Notes: a model not told the origin generated them from the sequence alone. Counted from the first letter of the stretch, positions 1 to 9,775 are shown. The stretch: DNA of 64,000 nucleotides from Candidatus Terraquivivens tengchongensis (GCA_023261845.1 JALNJZ010000003.1:32001-96000), one strand, 5' to 3'. Made by a program: numbers and translations.

Positions 1-646
1 CTTAAACGTCGGTCTCAAATTTAAGAACAGGGTTGTTGAATTGCCTTTAATAGGGCTGGTAGGACTGCCTGCTACATTTCTTTTATGGTTGCTCGTAATA
101 ATCTTACATCCACATGGGAGGTTATTTGGTTTCCTTTGGATCGCGATAGGGTTGGCATTATATACATTCTACCGCAAATCTCACAAACTTCCGTTGATAA
201 GCGAAGAGGAAGGCTCATGGGTAGTACCATCATCTTACGTCATGGAGATAACGGTCTTGGTAGACCCGATGGATGACTATGATGTTATCAAAAAGGCGAT
301 ACTGCACTCGTACGACAAGAGGTACAAACTAAGACTCTTAAGTGTTATAAATCATATTGTAGAAAAAGAACAACATCTGAAGGAATTACAGATATCTGTG
401 CTAAGCGACCTTGAAAAATTGGCGATAGAGTTCAGAAAAGAAGGGTACGATGTAACTTATGACGTCTTTTTAGGCAACCTCGATGAGGCGATCAAGCGAG
501 AGATCTCTGTCTTTAATGTAGAGTTCATAACATATGTAAAACATTCCATTAAAGAAACGTTAACGGGTAAGCATCGTGAAGAAATCATAAACAAGCTATT
601 ACAAGAATATCCTGGATGGTTCATAATATTAAGAAGAGTGGAATGA
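1..646 (+). CDS. 3' part of a membrane transporter (probably APC amino-acid permease) with a C-terminal USP-like domain; 5'-truncated by the window
   Basis: Two hydrophobic helices ending ...LYTFYRK, then a USP-like alpha/beta domain (ITVLVDP...LRLLSVI). Confidence 0.55.
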   Translation, partial: LNVGLKFKNRVVELPLIGLVGLPATFLLWLLVIILHPHGRLFGFLWIAIGLALYTFYRKSHKLPLISEEEGSWVVPSSYVMEITVLVDPMDDYDVIKKAILHSYDKRYKLRLLSVINHIVEKEQHLKELQISVLSDLEKLAIEFRKEGYDVTYDVFLGNLDEAIKREISVFNVEFITYVKHSIKETLTGKHREEIINKLLQEYPGWFIILRRVE

Positions 647-654
647 TCGTGCAA

Positions 655-1116
655 TCAAGCCCAAAGCGTGGGAACTTCCCTAATAACCCGAAGCAAAGCA
701 GCAAAGAGTATTAATGATTTAGCAGTGAACGTAGGGTTAGAGTATATCTTTCCTAAGGGTTTTACCTTAACTAACCTGCTTACGAAAGCTGTTCCGGGAT
801 TCAGCTCTCCAGAAAAGATCTTCCTTGCAACCTCGTACGTGCTCTCCACAATGTAGTCAGGATTGACACCGTCGGGTATGTCTTTAGTAACAACAAAACG
901 TTTGGTGACGCCCTTATCCAGCTCCACATAAATTGTTAGGCTTTTACCAAATATCCTCCTAAGCATATCCGGCAAATCCTTTATCACATACGCCACATTA
1001 AGGCTAAAACCTGACGCTAAGGACATGATTTCTGGGTTAGTTGACTTTGCCTTTTCGATTGCTGTGACGGCTTTACGAACCCAGCCCTCCGATAAGAAGT
1101 ACTCCGCCGCTGACAT
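655..1116 (-). CDS. SCP2 sterol/lipid-binding domain protein
   Basis: 'FLSEGWV' N-terminus and 'STYEVARKIFSGELNPGTAFVSRLVKV', typical of SCP2. Confidence 0.7.
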   Translation of the reverse strand: MSAAEYFLSEGWVRKAVTAIEKAKSTNPEIMSLASGFSLNVAYVIKDLPDMLRRIFGKSLTIYVELDKGVTKRFVVTKDIPDGVNPDYIVESTYEVARKIFSGELNPGTAFVSRLVKVKPLGKIYSNPTFTAKSLILFAALLRVIREVPTLWA

Positions 1117-1149
1117 CGTAAATATAGATGAATTTTTTCTTTTTTAAAT

Positions 1150-1162
1150 GTAACGGCGTTAC
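1150..1162. promoter_or_regulatory. Palindrome GTAACG-G-CGTTAC between divergent TATA-like boxes; candidate operator
   Basis: Perfect 6-bp inverted repeat between TTTTTAAA and TTTATATA in the SCP2/hemerythrin intergenic region. Confidence 0.4.
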
Positions 1163-1189
1163 GTTTATATATTTGTTTTAGTTAATTTT

Positions 1190-1693
1190 TTGGACATGAA
1201 CGAAGAATTAGACCCTATTAGAGAGTTAAGGGAGGACCATAAAAAAGTCAAGGATTATCTATTAGAGCTGATCGATGCACTTAACAAAAAAGACGCTCAA
1301 AGGTCTCTCGAAATTCTGATATTGCTCGATAAGCTCGGAGGACCACACTTCAGGTTCGAGGAGGAAACCTTGTACCCAACGTTAAAGAAGTTCTTCGGAG
1401 AAGAATACTATCGATACCTGCTGAAGGCTCATGACAGGGTTATCACTGCGGCTAAAAAAATTGCCGAAGTCTTGGGCAAAGGGGCTATTACAGAAGATGA
1501 GGTAAGGATGCTAATAAGTATAGTTAGATCAGAAGTCTTGCCACACCCTATAGAGTGTGAGGGCTTAGCGTTGTTGATGGATAGGTTATCAAAAGAAGAA
1601 ATTAGGGCTATCGCGAAAAGTATTGAACGAAGCAGGAACGAGAATGTCCCTCTACTTGAGTGGGCCGAGACTATTAGAGTCAAAAAGGTATAA
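1190..1693 (+). CDS. Hemerythrin/HHE domain protein
   Basis: EDH...HFRFEEETLYP...AH...HPIECE di-iron ligand pattern. Confidence 0.8.
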   Translation: MDMNEELDPIRELREDHKKVKDYLLELIDALNKKDAQRSLEILILLDKLGGPHFRFEEETLYPTLKKFFGEEYYRYLLKAHDRVITAAKKIAEVLGKGAITEDEVRMLISIVRSEVLPHPIECEGLALLMDRLSKEEIRAIAKSIERSRNENVPLLEWAETIRVKKV

Positions 1694-1698
1694 CTAAA

Positions 1699-2103
1699 AT
1701 GAAAAAGATAGCACTGATAGTGAACACGGCATCCTTTGAGAGGGTTGCTTATGCACTTTCTTTTGCAGTAGTGGCGGCGGCATACGGTACCGAAGTATTT
1801 GTACTCTTTGGGTTTGAAGGTTTGTATAGGCTGATTAAAAGAAAGACTGATGTGCTAGGTGATGAAACGAATCCTTTCATAAGAAACGAAATAGAATCGG
1901 GTTTGAAAAAAGGTAGTATGATGCAAATATCCGAGCTTATAAAGAACCTAAAGAATCTTGGAGGAAAGATATATGCTTGCACCTCCGCCATGGCCTTACA
2001 TAATGTGACGAAAGACGAACTTATAGAAGAGGTTGACGGTGTGCTGGGTTTAGCTGCGTTTCTTGAATTAATAGATGATCCCTCAACGATTATTTACGTT
2101 TAA
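1699..2103 (+). CDS. DsrE/DsrF/DrsH-like sulfur-relay family protein
   Basis: 'KIYACTSAM...ELIEEVDGVLGLAAFL' with the conserved Cys. Confidence 0.8.
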   Translation: MKKIALIVNTASFERVAYALSFAVVAAAYGTEVFVLFGFEGLYRLIKRKTDVLGDETNPFIRNEIESGLKKGSMMQISELIKNLKNLGGKIYACTSAMALHNVTKDELIEEVDGVLGLAAFLELIDDPSTIIYV

Positions 2104-2447
2104 TCTTCTTTTTTATTTTTTGGCTTTTCAGATCCAGAAGAATGCTCTAGTATTCTGCATATTTCGCAGACCATGTTGTCCACGGATTCTTTTGTAGCCC
2201 CATTTTTAATAATGGCACTAACCGTTCGACTTATTAACTCACGAACAGCGGGATGCGTTCTCAACCGTCTTATCATTTTAGAGCCACGCTTTGCAGATAA
2301 GTACTGGCTTATCGCTGGTCTCGTGGTACCGATAATCTTTGCCACCTCTGTCTGAGATAGCGCATATTTCTCAATAAGCTCTTTAGCTATAAGTGCACGC
2401 ACGGATGGCATTATTTCGAGGACAAATTTTTCGCATGGCGACCTCAA
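2100..2447 (-). CDS. HTH transcriptional regulator (COG2522-like)
   Basis: 'PCE...PSVRALIAKEL...SQTEVAKIIGTTRPAISQYLSAKRG' and a C-terminal CxxC. Confidence 0.8.
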   Translation of the reverse strand: MRSPCEKFVLEIMPSVRALIAKELIEKYALSQTEVAKIIGTTRPAISQYLSAKRGSKMIRRLRTHPAVRELISRTVSAIIKNGATKESVDNMVCEICRILEHSSGSEKPKNKKED

Positions 2448-2493
2448 TTCGAAACCTCAATATAAATTAATGAATCATAGGTTAAATATAAAT

Positions 2494-3576
2494 TTACTTA
2501 CTAACTGGGGGAACGGCAAATTTCTCGACCAATTCATCGTAAAGTTCCAAAACCGTCCCTTCATCGTAAATTCCGGAGCTTGGTCCGACTTGGACTACAG
2601 TAACTCCACCTTTCAGGAACGTTATCGTGACATCCTTTCTATACTCGAATGTTATTCCTAACTTTGTCCTATTCTTTGGATGTATGTTGTGTTGGGCAAG
2701 CAGACGATCAATAGAATCCAATGCAATCTCCGAAGTGGTTGTTACCATGAATACGCCCTTACCATCCCTCCCACATACTCCGCTCACAACTTTCTCTTCA
2801 AGCGGTCTTAAGGCAACCCTGCCGCTTCCGCATACGGGACAATCAGGTATCTTAGCAATTTTGACAAAATCAAATGACAGTTTGTTAAGGTCAATGTAGA
2901 GTAGGCGATTCTTTAACAGTGGGTCCTTGTTCAGCAAAACCCTTACCGCCTCCGACAACTGTACACCAGATACGACATCTAGCAACGGAGGTAAGACGCC
3001 GACTATGGCACACTTAGGCAGCTCTTCATCTTGAAGACCAGAATAAAAGCACTCAAGACAAGCCGTTTCATTAGGTAAGATTGTGGAAACCACTCCGGTG
3101 GTTTCTATTGCAGCAGCAAATATGTATGGTATCTTAAGCTTCACAATTGCTCTATTTATCACGTACCTTGTCTTAATGTTGTCGAGACCATCGATTACTA
3201 TGTCAACATCTTCTAACAACCTTTCAACGTTTTTTGAGGAGATGCTAGTTGCAACGGCATCAACTTTTACGTTGGGATTCAAAGAATTTATCCTCTCCTC
3301 TAAGACCTCGACTTTTGGCACACCAACGAAATTTTCCCCATAAAACCTTTGCCTGTGCAAATCCGACAAAGATACTACATCCCTATCCACTATTCGGATA
3401 TAACCTACACCCATGGCCGCCAGTGTGATGGCAGCAGGTGAACCCAGCCCCCCGGCTCCCATTATACAAACTCTGCTGGACTTCAGCTTAGTCTGACCAG
3501 TGTAGTCGATATAGTCGAGTACGAGTTGTCTCGAGTACCTCTCCAACTCTCTATCGGTAAGCTCCTCCATTTTCAT
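2494..3576 (-). CDS. ThiF/MoeB/UbaA family E1-like adenylyltransferase
   Basis: RYSRQ, GAGGLG, DRDVVSLSDLHRQ, DGLDN and two CxxC; start moved to MKMEEL. Confidence 0.9.
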   Translation of the reverse strand: MKMEELTDRELERYSRQLVLDYIDYTGQTKLKSSRVCIMGAGGLGSPAAITLAAMGVGYIRIVDRDVVSLSDLHRQRFYGENFVGVPKVEVLEERINSLNPNVKVDAVATSISSKNVERLLEDVDIVIDGLDNIKTRYVINRAIVKLKIPYIFAAAIETTGVVSTILPNETACLECFYSGLQDEELPKCAIVGVLPPLLDVVSGVQLSEAVRVLLNKDPLLKNRLLYIDLNKLSFDFVKIAKIPDCPVCGSGRVALRPLEEKVVSGVCGRDGKGVFMVTTTSEIALDSIDRLLAQHNIHPKNRTKLGITFEYRKDVTITFLKGGVTVVQVGPSSGIYDEGTVLELYDELVEKFAVPPVSK

Positions 3577-3628
3577 AGTAATGATAACAACGTTAACTAT
3601 ATATAAAGGCGTTGCTAATTTAACAGTA

Positions 3629-3877
3629 ATGACTTTAAAACAGTATGTAGTTGTGGATGCTCGTTTTAAGTCCTGTCCCGGTCCCTTGATAAGTCTTATC
3701 GAAGCTATCAAGAAAGCCGAATCGGGTCAAGTAATAAAATTGCTTACAACCGATCCAGCATCACCCATGGACGTTAAAGAGTGGATTAAGACTAAGAAGC
3801 ATAGGTTATTAGAAGTGAAGGAAAAAGATAACACCTACGAGATATACATAGAAGTAGTGAGTGGTGACTTTGGCTAG
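3629..3877 (+). CDS. tusA: TusA/SirA family sulfurtransferase
   Basis: D-x-R-x-x-S-CPGP motif and 'TDPASPMDV'. Confidence 0.9.
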   Translation: MTLKQYVVVDARFKSCPGPLISLIEAIKKAESGQVIKLLTTDPASPMDVKEWIKTKKHRLLEVKEKDNTYEIYIEVVSGDFG

Positions 3878-5114
3878 CGATGTGCGTGTAGGTATAAGGG
3901 AACTATTAGAGACGCACGGGAAACCTGTTAAAGAAGTATACTTAGATTCTGAAAATTCAGGCATGATCTTCCCTGAAGCCTTGAATTTGATGATTGATGC
4001 GTACAAGGAGTATTTTGCGGGTCATCCGTCCATCACCCACAGGCGTGGTTGGGAATCCTATGAGATGCTCTATAGAGCATCCTCAATAATAGCCAAGTTT
4101 ATAAACTGTAAACCTGATGAGTTAGTTTTTACGCATAATGGTACTGAGGCAAACAACTTAGCGATCCTTGGGCTAAACAAAGAGAATGAAAGAAGAAAGA
4201 TAATCATTTCAGCGATAGAGCACTTAAGTGTGGTCTTTCCTGCGGAACAACTCCAGAAGCACGGTTACAAAGTAATCAAGGTGCCGGTTGACCGAGAAGG
4301 TTTCATGAATTTAGACTTTTTGATGAATAATGTGGACAAGGATACGCTACTGGTAAGTGTTGGAGCTGTAAACCACGAGATAGGGACCATACAAGATTTG
4401 AGGGCAATAGTGGAATTAGTTAAGGATAAGGATGAAAACATAATGGTCCATACGGATGCTTGCGATGCTCTTGGAAGGGTGAGCTTAGACGTTAAGAAAC
4501 TAAATGTTGATCTAGCATCGTTCAGCAGCCACAAGGTATGCGGTCCTAAGGGTGCTGGGGCGCTGTACATAAGAGAGGGGGTTAAGTTGGAACCAATAAT
4601 ATATGGTCAGTTGAGTACACAGAAATTATGGCCGGGGTTGGAAAACGTACCTGCCATAGCTGGTTTTGGGAAAGCTGTTGAATTGTTTGCCTTAAACTTT
4701 GATTCGTACGTAAATCATATGACTAAGCTTAGGGACTCACTCATTCAAGGCATTCTGTCACGTGTTGAGTATGTCCTTCTAAACGGCCCCTCAGGAAATA
4801 AACGCTCGCCCGACAATGTTAACATAAGCGTGTTATATTGCGAGGGCGAGGCGCTGAGTGTGGAGCTCAGCCTTAAGGGCATTTACGTATCCAGCGGAAG
4901 TGCGTGTACCAGTCGCATTTTACAACCCAGCCACGTATTGCTCGCAATAAAGAGAGAGTTCCATGAGGCACATGGAAGCATTTTGATGAAGGTAACTCCC
5001 CTTCATTCTTATGAAGACGTGCAGTATGTGGTTGAAAACATCCCCCAGGTAGTACAAAGGTTAAGGTCAATAAGTCCTTTAAAACCTAAAGAAGGTGGCG
5101 AATATGTCGGATAG
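3861..5114 (+). CDS. iscS: Cysteine desulfurase (IscS/NifS group I)
   Basis: GTEANN, EHLSV, SSHK (PLP lysine), SSGSACTS. Confidence 0.95.
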   Translation: MVTLASDVRVGIRELLETHGKPVKEVYLDSENSGMIFPEALNLMIDAYKEYFAGHPSITHRRGWESYEMLYRASSIIAKFINCKPDELVFTHNGTEANNLAILGLNKENERRKIIISAIEHLSVVFPAEQLQKHGYKVIKVPVDREGFMNLDFLMNNVDKDTLLVSVGAVNHEIGTIQDLRAIVELVKDKDENIMVHTDACDALGRVSLDVKKLNVDLASFSSHKVCGPKGAGALYIREGVKLEPIIYGQLSTQKLWPGLENVPAIAGFGKAVELFALNFDSYVNHMTKLRDSLIQGILSRVEYVLLNGPSGNKRSPDNVNISVLYCEGEALSVELSLKGIYVSSGSACTSRILQPSHVLLAIKREFHEAHGSILMKVTPLHSYEDVQYVVENIPQVVQRLRSISPLKPKEGGEYVG

Positions 5115-5616
5115 AATACCCCTTCCCTATACACCAAAAGTTCTTGAACTCTTCAAAAACCCGAAAAATTTAGGAAAGATGCCGGATGCAAACGCCTCCG
5201 CTGTAGCGGGAAGTCTTGCATGTGGTGACATGATTGCCATATACCTTAAGATAGATGACGAAACGCAAACGATACTCAACGCTACCTTCGAAAGCTATGG
5301 GTGCGCAGCCAACATAGCTGCATCGAGTATATTAACGGAGATGCTTAAGGGTAAAAAATTGGAGGACGCGTGGAAAATCTCCTGGAAGGATGTATCGAAC
5401 GAGCTCGGAGGGCTACCTGCCGTTAAGTATCACTGCGGCGTGATGGCTGTGGGTGCCTTCAGAAGGGCGGTCAGGGAATATTTCAAGAACAAGAAAAAGC
5501 CGGAGTGGATTCCTGAGGAGTTAACAGCGGAAGAGAGGCATGTCGTTGAGGAGGAGAAGCTTGTAGAGATACTCTCCAAAAGAATGTCGTCCGGCTCATT
5601 ACCGCCAACTTGCTAA
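5104..5616 (+). CDS. iscU: Fe-S cluster scaffold IscU/NifU-N
   Basis: NPKNLG, ACGD, GCAA, KYHC (three conserved Cys). Confidence 0.95.
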   Translation: MSDRIPLPYTPKVLELFKNPKNLGKMPDANASAVAGSLACGDMIAIYLKIDDETQTILNATFESYGCAANIAASSILTEMLKGKKLEDAWKISWKDVSNELGGLPAVKYHCGVMAVGAFRRAVREYFKNKKKPEWIPEELTAEERHVVEEEKLVEILSKRMSSGSLPPTC

Positions 5617-5643
5617 AACTCATTCAGGTTATTTAACAAATAT

Positions 5644-5741
5644 TGGCGCCGCGGGTCGGATTCGAACCGACGACCAACGGGTTAACAGCTTCAGCCCCCT
5701 TCTGCGAGGTCCGCTGCTCTACCGAGCTGAGCTACCGCGGC
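5644..5741 (-). tRNA. tRNA-Asn(GTT) with a 21-nt intron at position 30/31 (5690-5710) and encoded CCA
   Basis: Cloverleaf GCCGCGG...CCGCGGC, anticodon loop CTGTTAA, T-loop TTCGAAT; the intron forms a bulge-helix-bulge. Confidence 0.95.
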
Positions 5742-5790
5742 TTGATTGTTAGCTTATTATTAGGACGCTTTAAATTTTTAGTTAAATTTA

Positions 5791-7443
5791 TTACCTCAAA
5801 GGTAGCGAGATATTTCTCGACCTGCTGTAATTCTCAAGATTCTTTCTTCTATTAAGTGCGGCCCTTATAAATCCTAGGTATACCGCTTCAGGTTTTCCTG
5901 GCTTTGATACAAATTCCGCATGGTATTGGGTCGCTATAAAGTATGGATGACTCGGTAATTCGATGATCTCGACTCTCCGTCCATCCTCGGACATACCTGA
6001 GAAGACCATGCCTGCACGTGTTAGTACATCCCAGTATGCCGGATTGACCTCATATCTATGACGATGTCTTTGTCGCGTCACTCTAGTGTTGTAGAGCTTA
6101 TATGCTAACGTTCCGGGTTTTATGATTATCTCAAACGCCCCGAGCCTCATCGTGCCCCCTAAGTTTTCAAGGCTACGTTGTTCTGGTAGAAGGTCTATTA
6201 CCGGATGCGGCGTATCTGCCGCTACCTCCGTACTGTTAGCCCCCTCAAGACCGCAAACGTTCCTCGCGTATTCGACGACTGAAAGCTGCATACCAAAGCA
6301 TATTCCGAGAAACGGTATGCCGTTTTCTCTAGAATATTTGATTACGTTGATCTTCCCCTCAACACCTCTTTGACCGAATCCACCAGGTACCAGTATGCCA
6401 TCATACCTACTAAGTAAGTTTACCTTTTCAGGATATGCCTCAAACTCCTCCGTATCTATCCAGTCTATAATTGCCTTTGCACCTGCATAAGCGGCGGCGT
6501 GTATTAGCGCCTCCCTCACACTAACGTAAGAATCTATGAGCTTAGTGTACTTACCACAGACGGCAATCCTGACTTCCTCTCTAGCGTTCTTCATCGAAGC
6601 GACTATATCGCTCCACTCTTTCAGCTTCGGTTGTCTCCAGCTAAGGTTAAGCCTGCCGGTTATAAAAACGCCCATGCCCTGCTCTTCCAGTATCAATGGC
6701 ACCTCATACACGTGCTCCACGTCATAGGAACAAAAAACTGCGCTTTCTGGAAGCGTACCGAATAAAGCTATCTTGCTCTTTGTTGCTTTATCTATCGGTT
6801 TTTCGCATCTTGCTACTATAGCGTCTGGTTGTATACCTATCCTGCGAAGTTCGTTTACGCTGTGTTGTAAGGCTTTGGTTTTGAATTCTTCAGTGGCCTT
6901 CAGTATGGGCACTAGGGCTACGTGGATAAATAGCGTGTTCTCGAACCCCTCTTCGAGACGCATTTGTCTTGCTGCCTCTAAGAATGGCTGCCCCTCTATA
7001 TCGCCCGCTGTACCGCCTATCTCGACTATGGCTATATCAACACCATCATTCTCTGCCGCTAGCCTTATTCTACGTTTAATCTCATCGGTTATATGGGGTA
7101 CTATTTGGACACATTTACCTAAGTAATCTCCGCGTCTTTCTTTAGTGATAACCTCCAAGTAAACCTGTCCGGTCGTGATGTTATTACGCTTCGAAAGCGT
7201 AATGTCCAAGAATCGTTCATACCATCCTATATCTAGGTCAGTTTCGCCACCATCGTCAGTAACGAAGACCTCACCATGAGCATAGGGGTTCATCGTACCG
7301 CTATCGACGTTTAGATATGGGTCTATCTTGATAGCCGTTACCTTGTAGCCCCTTGCCTGTAAAATTCTGCCAACAGAGGCTGCAACTATGCCCTTACCAA
7401 CTGACGAGACTACGCCGCCTGTTACGAAGATATACTTCGGCAC
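5791..7443 (-). CDS. pyrG: CTP synthase
   Basis: KYIFVTGGVVSSVGKG, GICFGMQ, RHRHRYEVN. Confidence 0.98.
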   Translation of the reverse strand: MPKYIFVTGGVVSSVGKGIVAASVGRILQARGYKVTAIKIDPYLNVDSGTMNPYAHGEVFVTDDGGETDLDIGWYERFLDITLSKRNNITTGQVYLEVITKERRGDYLGKCVQIVPHITDEIKRRIRLAAENDGVDIAIVEIGGTAGDIEGQPFLEAARQMRLEEGFENTLFIHVALVPILKATEEFKTKALQHSVNELRRIGIQPDAIVARCEKPIDKATKSKIALFGTLPESAVFCSYDVEHVYEVPLILEEQGMGVFITGRLNLSWRQPKLKEWSDIVASMKNAREEVRIAVCGKYTKLIDSYVSVREALIHAAAYAGAKAIIDWIDTEEFEAYPEKVNLLSRYDGILVPGGFGQRGVEGKINVIKYSRENGIPFLGICFGMQLSVVEYARNVCGLEGANSTEVAADTPHPVIDLLPEQRSLENLGGTMRLGAFEIIIKPGTLAYKLYNTRVTRQRHRHRYEVNPAYWDVLTRAGMVFSGMSEDGRRVEIIELPSHPYFIATQYHAEFVSKPGKPEAVYLGFIRAALNRRKNLENYSRSRNISLPLR

Positions 7444-7545
7444 AAAGATGATGTTCTCGAGTTTAATATAAACGTTTGCAAGAAACTGACAGTTGCTTCG
7501 CGAACGTTGTTGACTGAAGAAATTCTTTGGCCAAAAAGCTTAATA

Positions 7546-7562
7546 GTTAGGCAGTGCCTAAC
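7546..7562. promoter_or_regulatory. DtxR/MntR-type operator GTTAGGCA-G-TGCCTAAC
   Basis: Perfect 8-bp inverted repeat with TTAGG/CCTAA core just upstream of the regulator's GTG start. Confidence 0.7.
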
Positions 7563-7569
7563 ATTAATC

Positions 7570-8004
7570 GTGCCAAGGAATCTTAGTAGGGTCGAATCCT
7601 GCTATCTCAAGCGTATATACGCCTCAACGGTTGAGGATGGAAAGCAGATTACGAGCGGTGACCTTGCTAAGATATTCAACGTCAGAATACCTTCGGCTAT
7701 AGATGTTTTGAATAAGCTGGAAAAGAAGATGTACATCAAGAAAGAGAAGTACGGATACATCACACTTACCCAAGCAGGTTGTGAGGTTGCTATCGAACTA
7801 TTACATGCCCACAGGGTCTTTGAAGTTTTTCTTGTTAACAGTCTTAAAATGAAGTCTAACGAAGCATGCAAGGTAGCAGACTATGTAGATCATATACTTG
7901 ATAAGGATGTCATAACCAGACTTTGCGCCTACCTCAATAAACCCATGAAGTGTTGTCACAATCGTACAATAATCCATGTAGGTTGTGGGGCGAAGAGTAA
8001 ATGA
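7570..8004 (+). CDS. DtxR/MntR family metal-dependent repressor
   Basis: YLKRIY, wHTH, HRVFEVFL, DH, 'CCHNRTI'; GTG start inferred from operator position. Confidence 0.9.
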   Translation: MPRNLSRVESCYLKRIYASTVEDGKQITSGDLAKIFNVRIPSAIDVLNKLEKKMYIKKEKYGYITLTQAGCEVAIELLHAHRVFEVFLVNSLKMKSNEACKVADYVDHILDKDVITRLCAYLNKPMKCCHNRTIIHVGCGAKSK

Positions 8005-9002
8005 ACCTGAAACCATTCTTTTTAATGTCGTTTATACTAATCATGTCCCTCCTTTCGTTACAGTTTGCTGTTAATGCAACGACGAAGATAAATGTCGTGG
8101 TATCTACGCCGACGCTAATGTCGCTTGTTAATTCTGCTGCCGGAAATTATGTCCAAGTTATGAGTGTTGTGCCATTTGGGACCGACCCTCACGAGTACCA
8201 ACTCGTCCCTAAGGATTTAGAAAAAATATCTAACTCAGACATGCTGATCATTACAGGACATTTCAAATGGGAGGAAGAACTAGTATCCTACGTGAATCGC
8301 GGTACAGTCCTAGACCTGCACAAAGCATTAGACGGAAAACTGAAACTGCTTAACATTCCGGATGATGATATAAACTTACATGAATGGTGGCTCTTACCAT
8401 ACAACGCCAAGCTCGTTATACATGAGATAGCATCCAGATTGGCAGAGATAGACGTGTACAACGCTAAGGTTTATATGAACATCGCCGAAAAATCCACAGA
8501 ATCTATAGACAAGATTATGGCTGAAGTGAAAAGAACGTTAAGCGAAAAGGGTCTTATTGGCGATGTCGCGATCTGCTCGACACCAATTGAACAATACTTA
8601 ATCGAAGGGTTTGGTATGCGTTGCACACTTATCTTGGCAGAAGAAGAGTTATCTGGTGTAAAACCCTTAACGCTCGAGAAGGCGAGAGCAATGCTTGCTG
8701 AAAACTCTCCTAAGTTACTCGTATTGGCCGACATTAGCGAAGGTACTGCTGGAGCAGATGTGATAAAGAAATTAGCTGATGAAACGAACACGTACCTTTT
8801 GAGACTCACTATGATGCCAGAAGATAACTGGACTTATGAAACACTCTTAGCATACAACGCGGGCTTAATTAACAGCGTGCCTTACACATCTAAGACGAAC
8901 TCTGGAACGGATATAATCATGAGCATTTTGGTCCCAATATTGTCCATCGTTGTAGTAGTCGAAGCAATAATCATACTGAGGTTAAGGGTGAGAAGGTCAT
9001 GA
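8001..9002 (+). CDS. Zn/Mn ABC transporter substrate-binding protein with C-terminal membrane anchor
   Basis: Signal peptide, DPHEYQL, NLHEWWLLP, C-terminal TM helix. Confidence 0.9.
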   Translation: MNLKPFFLMSFILIMSLLSLQFAVNATTKINVVVSTPTLMSLVNSAAGNYVQVMSVVPFGTDPHEYQLVPKDLEKISNSDMLIITGHFKWEEELVSYVNRGTVLDLHKALDGKLKLLNIPDDDINLHEWWLLPYNAKLVIHEIASRLAEIDVYNAKVYMNIAEKSTESIDKIMAEVKRTLSEKGLIGDVAICSTPIEQYLIEGFGMRCTLILAEEELSGVKPLTLEKARAMLAENSPKLLVLADISEGTAGADVIKKLADETNTYLLRLTMMPEDNWTYETLLAYNAGLINSVPYTSKTNSGTDIIMSILVPILSIVVVVEAIIILRLRVRRS

Positions 9003-9775
9003 ACTCCGTTGAGGCCTCGGGGTTAACCGTTAGGTTGAATGGCTTTGAGGCGTTAAGTAACGTCACTTTGTCGTTGAATCATCCGAGTTTTACGGTAATC
9101 ATTGGACCAAACGGTGCTGGTAAGACTACGTTGCTTAAAACAATTCTTGGGCTTCTAAAACCACAAAGCGGAAACATCAGAGTGATGGGATTGGACCCGA
9201 CAAAAGAGCCACAAAAGGTTAGATTGATGATCGGCTATGTTCCGCAGAGGGATAGGATATCATTCTTCGTACCGATGAAGGTCAAAGATGTCGTTATGAT
9301 GTCAAGACTGGCATGGAAAAGACCGCCGAGGTGGGTAACGGAGCATGACGAGGCTGCTGTAAAAGAGGCCCTAAGAATCGTAGGAGCTGAGGATTTAGCG
9401 AATAGGATGTTCAATGAACTTAGTGGTGGTCAACAACAAAGGGTCTTGATAGCTAGGGCTATAGTTTCCGAGCCCAAGTTACTGTTACTTGATGAACCCT
9501 TTAACGGCATCGATGTAACGACCCAGCATGAGATAATGAACCTCATTGCGAGCCTTAGGAAGAACGGTGTTTCCGTCATAATGGTCACACACGACGTAAG
9601 CGACGTTATTGACCTCATAGATAACCTCGTCTTACTCTACAGGAGTATTGTAGCAATAGGGAAGCCGGAGGACGTTTTAAGGGAAGACGTTCTAAAAAAT
9701 GTTTACGGTAACAGAATCAGGGTTTACTCTAATGAACCATGCCTAATGTTCGTACCAAGAGATTCACATGGTTGA
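8999..9775 (+). CDS. Metal ABC transporter ATPase (ZnuC/MntA-like)
   Basis: GPNGAGKT, YVPQ, LSGGQQQR, LLDEP. Confidence 0.95.
   Translation: MNSVEASGLTVRLNGFEALSNVTLSLNHPSFTVIIGPNGAGKTTLLKTILGLLKPQSGNIRVMGLDPTKEPQKVRLMIGYVPQRDRISFFVPMKVKDVVMMSRLAWKRPPRWVTEHDEAAVKEALRIVGAEDLANRMFNELSGGQQQRVLIARAIVSEPKLLLLDEPFNGIDVTTQHEIMNLIASLRKNGVSVIMVTHDVSDVIDLIDNLVLLYRSIVAIGKPEDVLREDVLKNVYGNRIRVYSNEPCLMFVPRDSHG

Noticed and set aside
5643-5855. 70-aa + strand ORF
   Set aside because: Antisense shadow of tRNA-Asn
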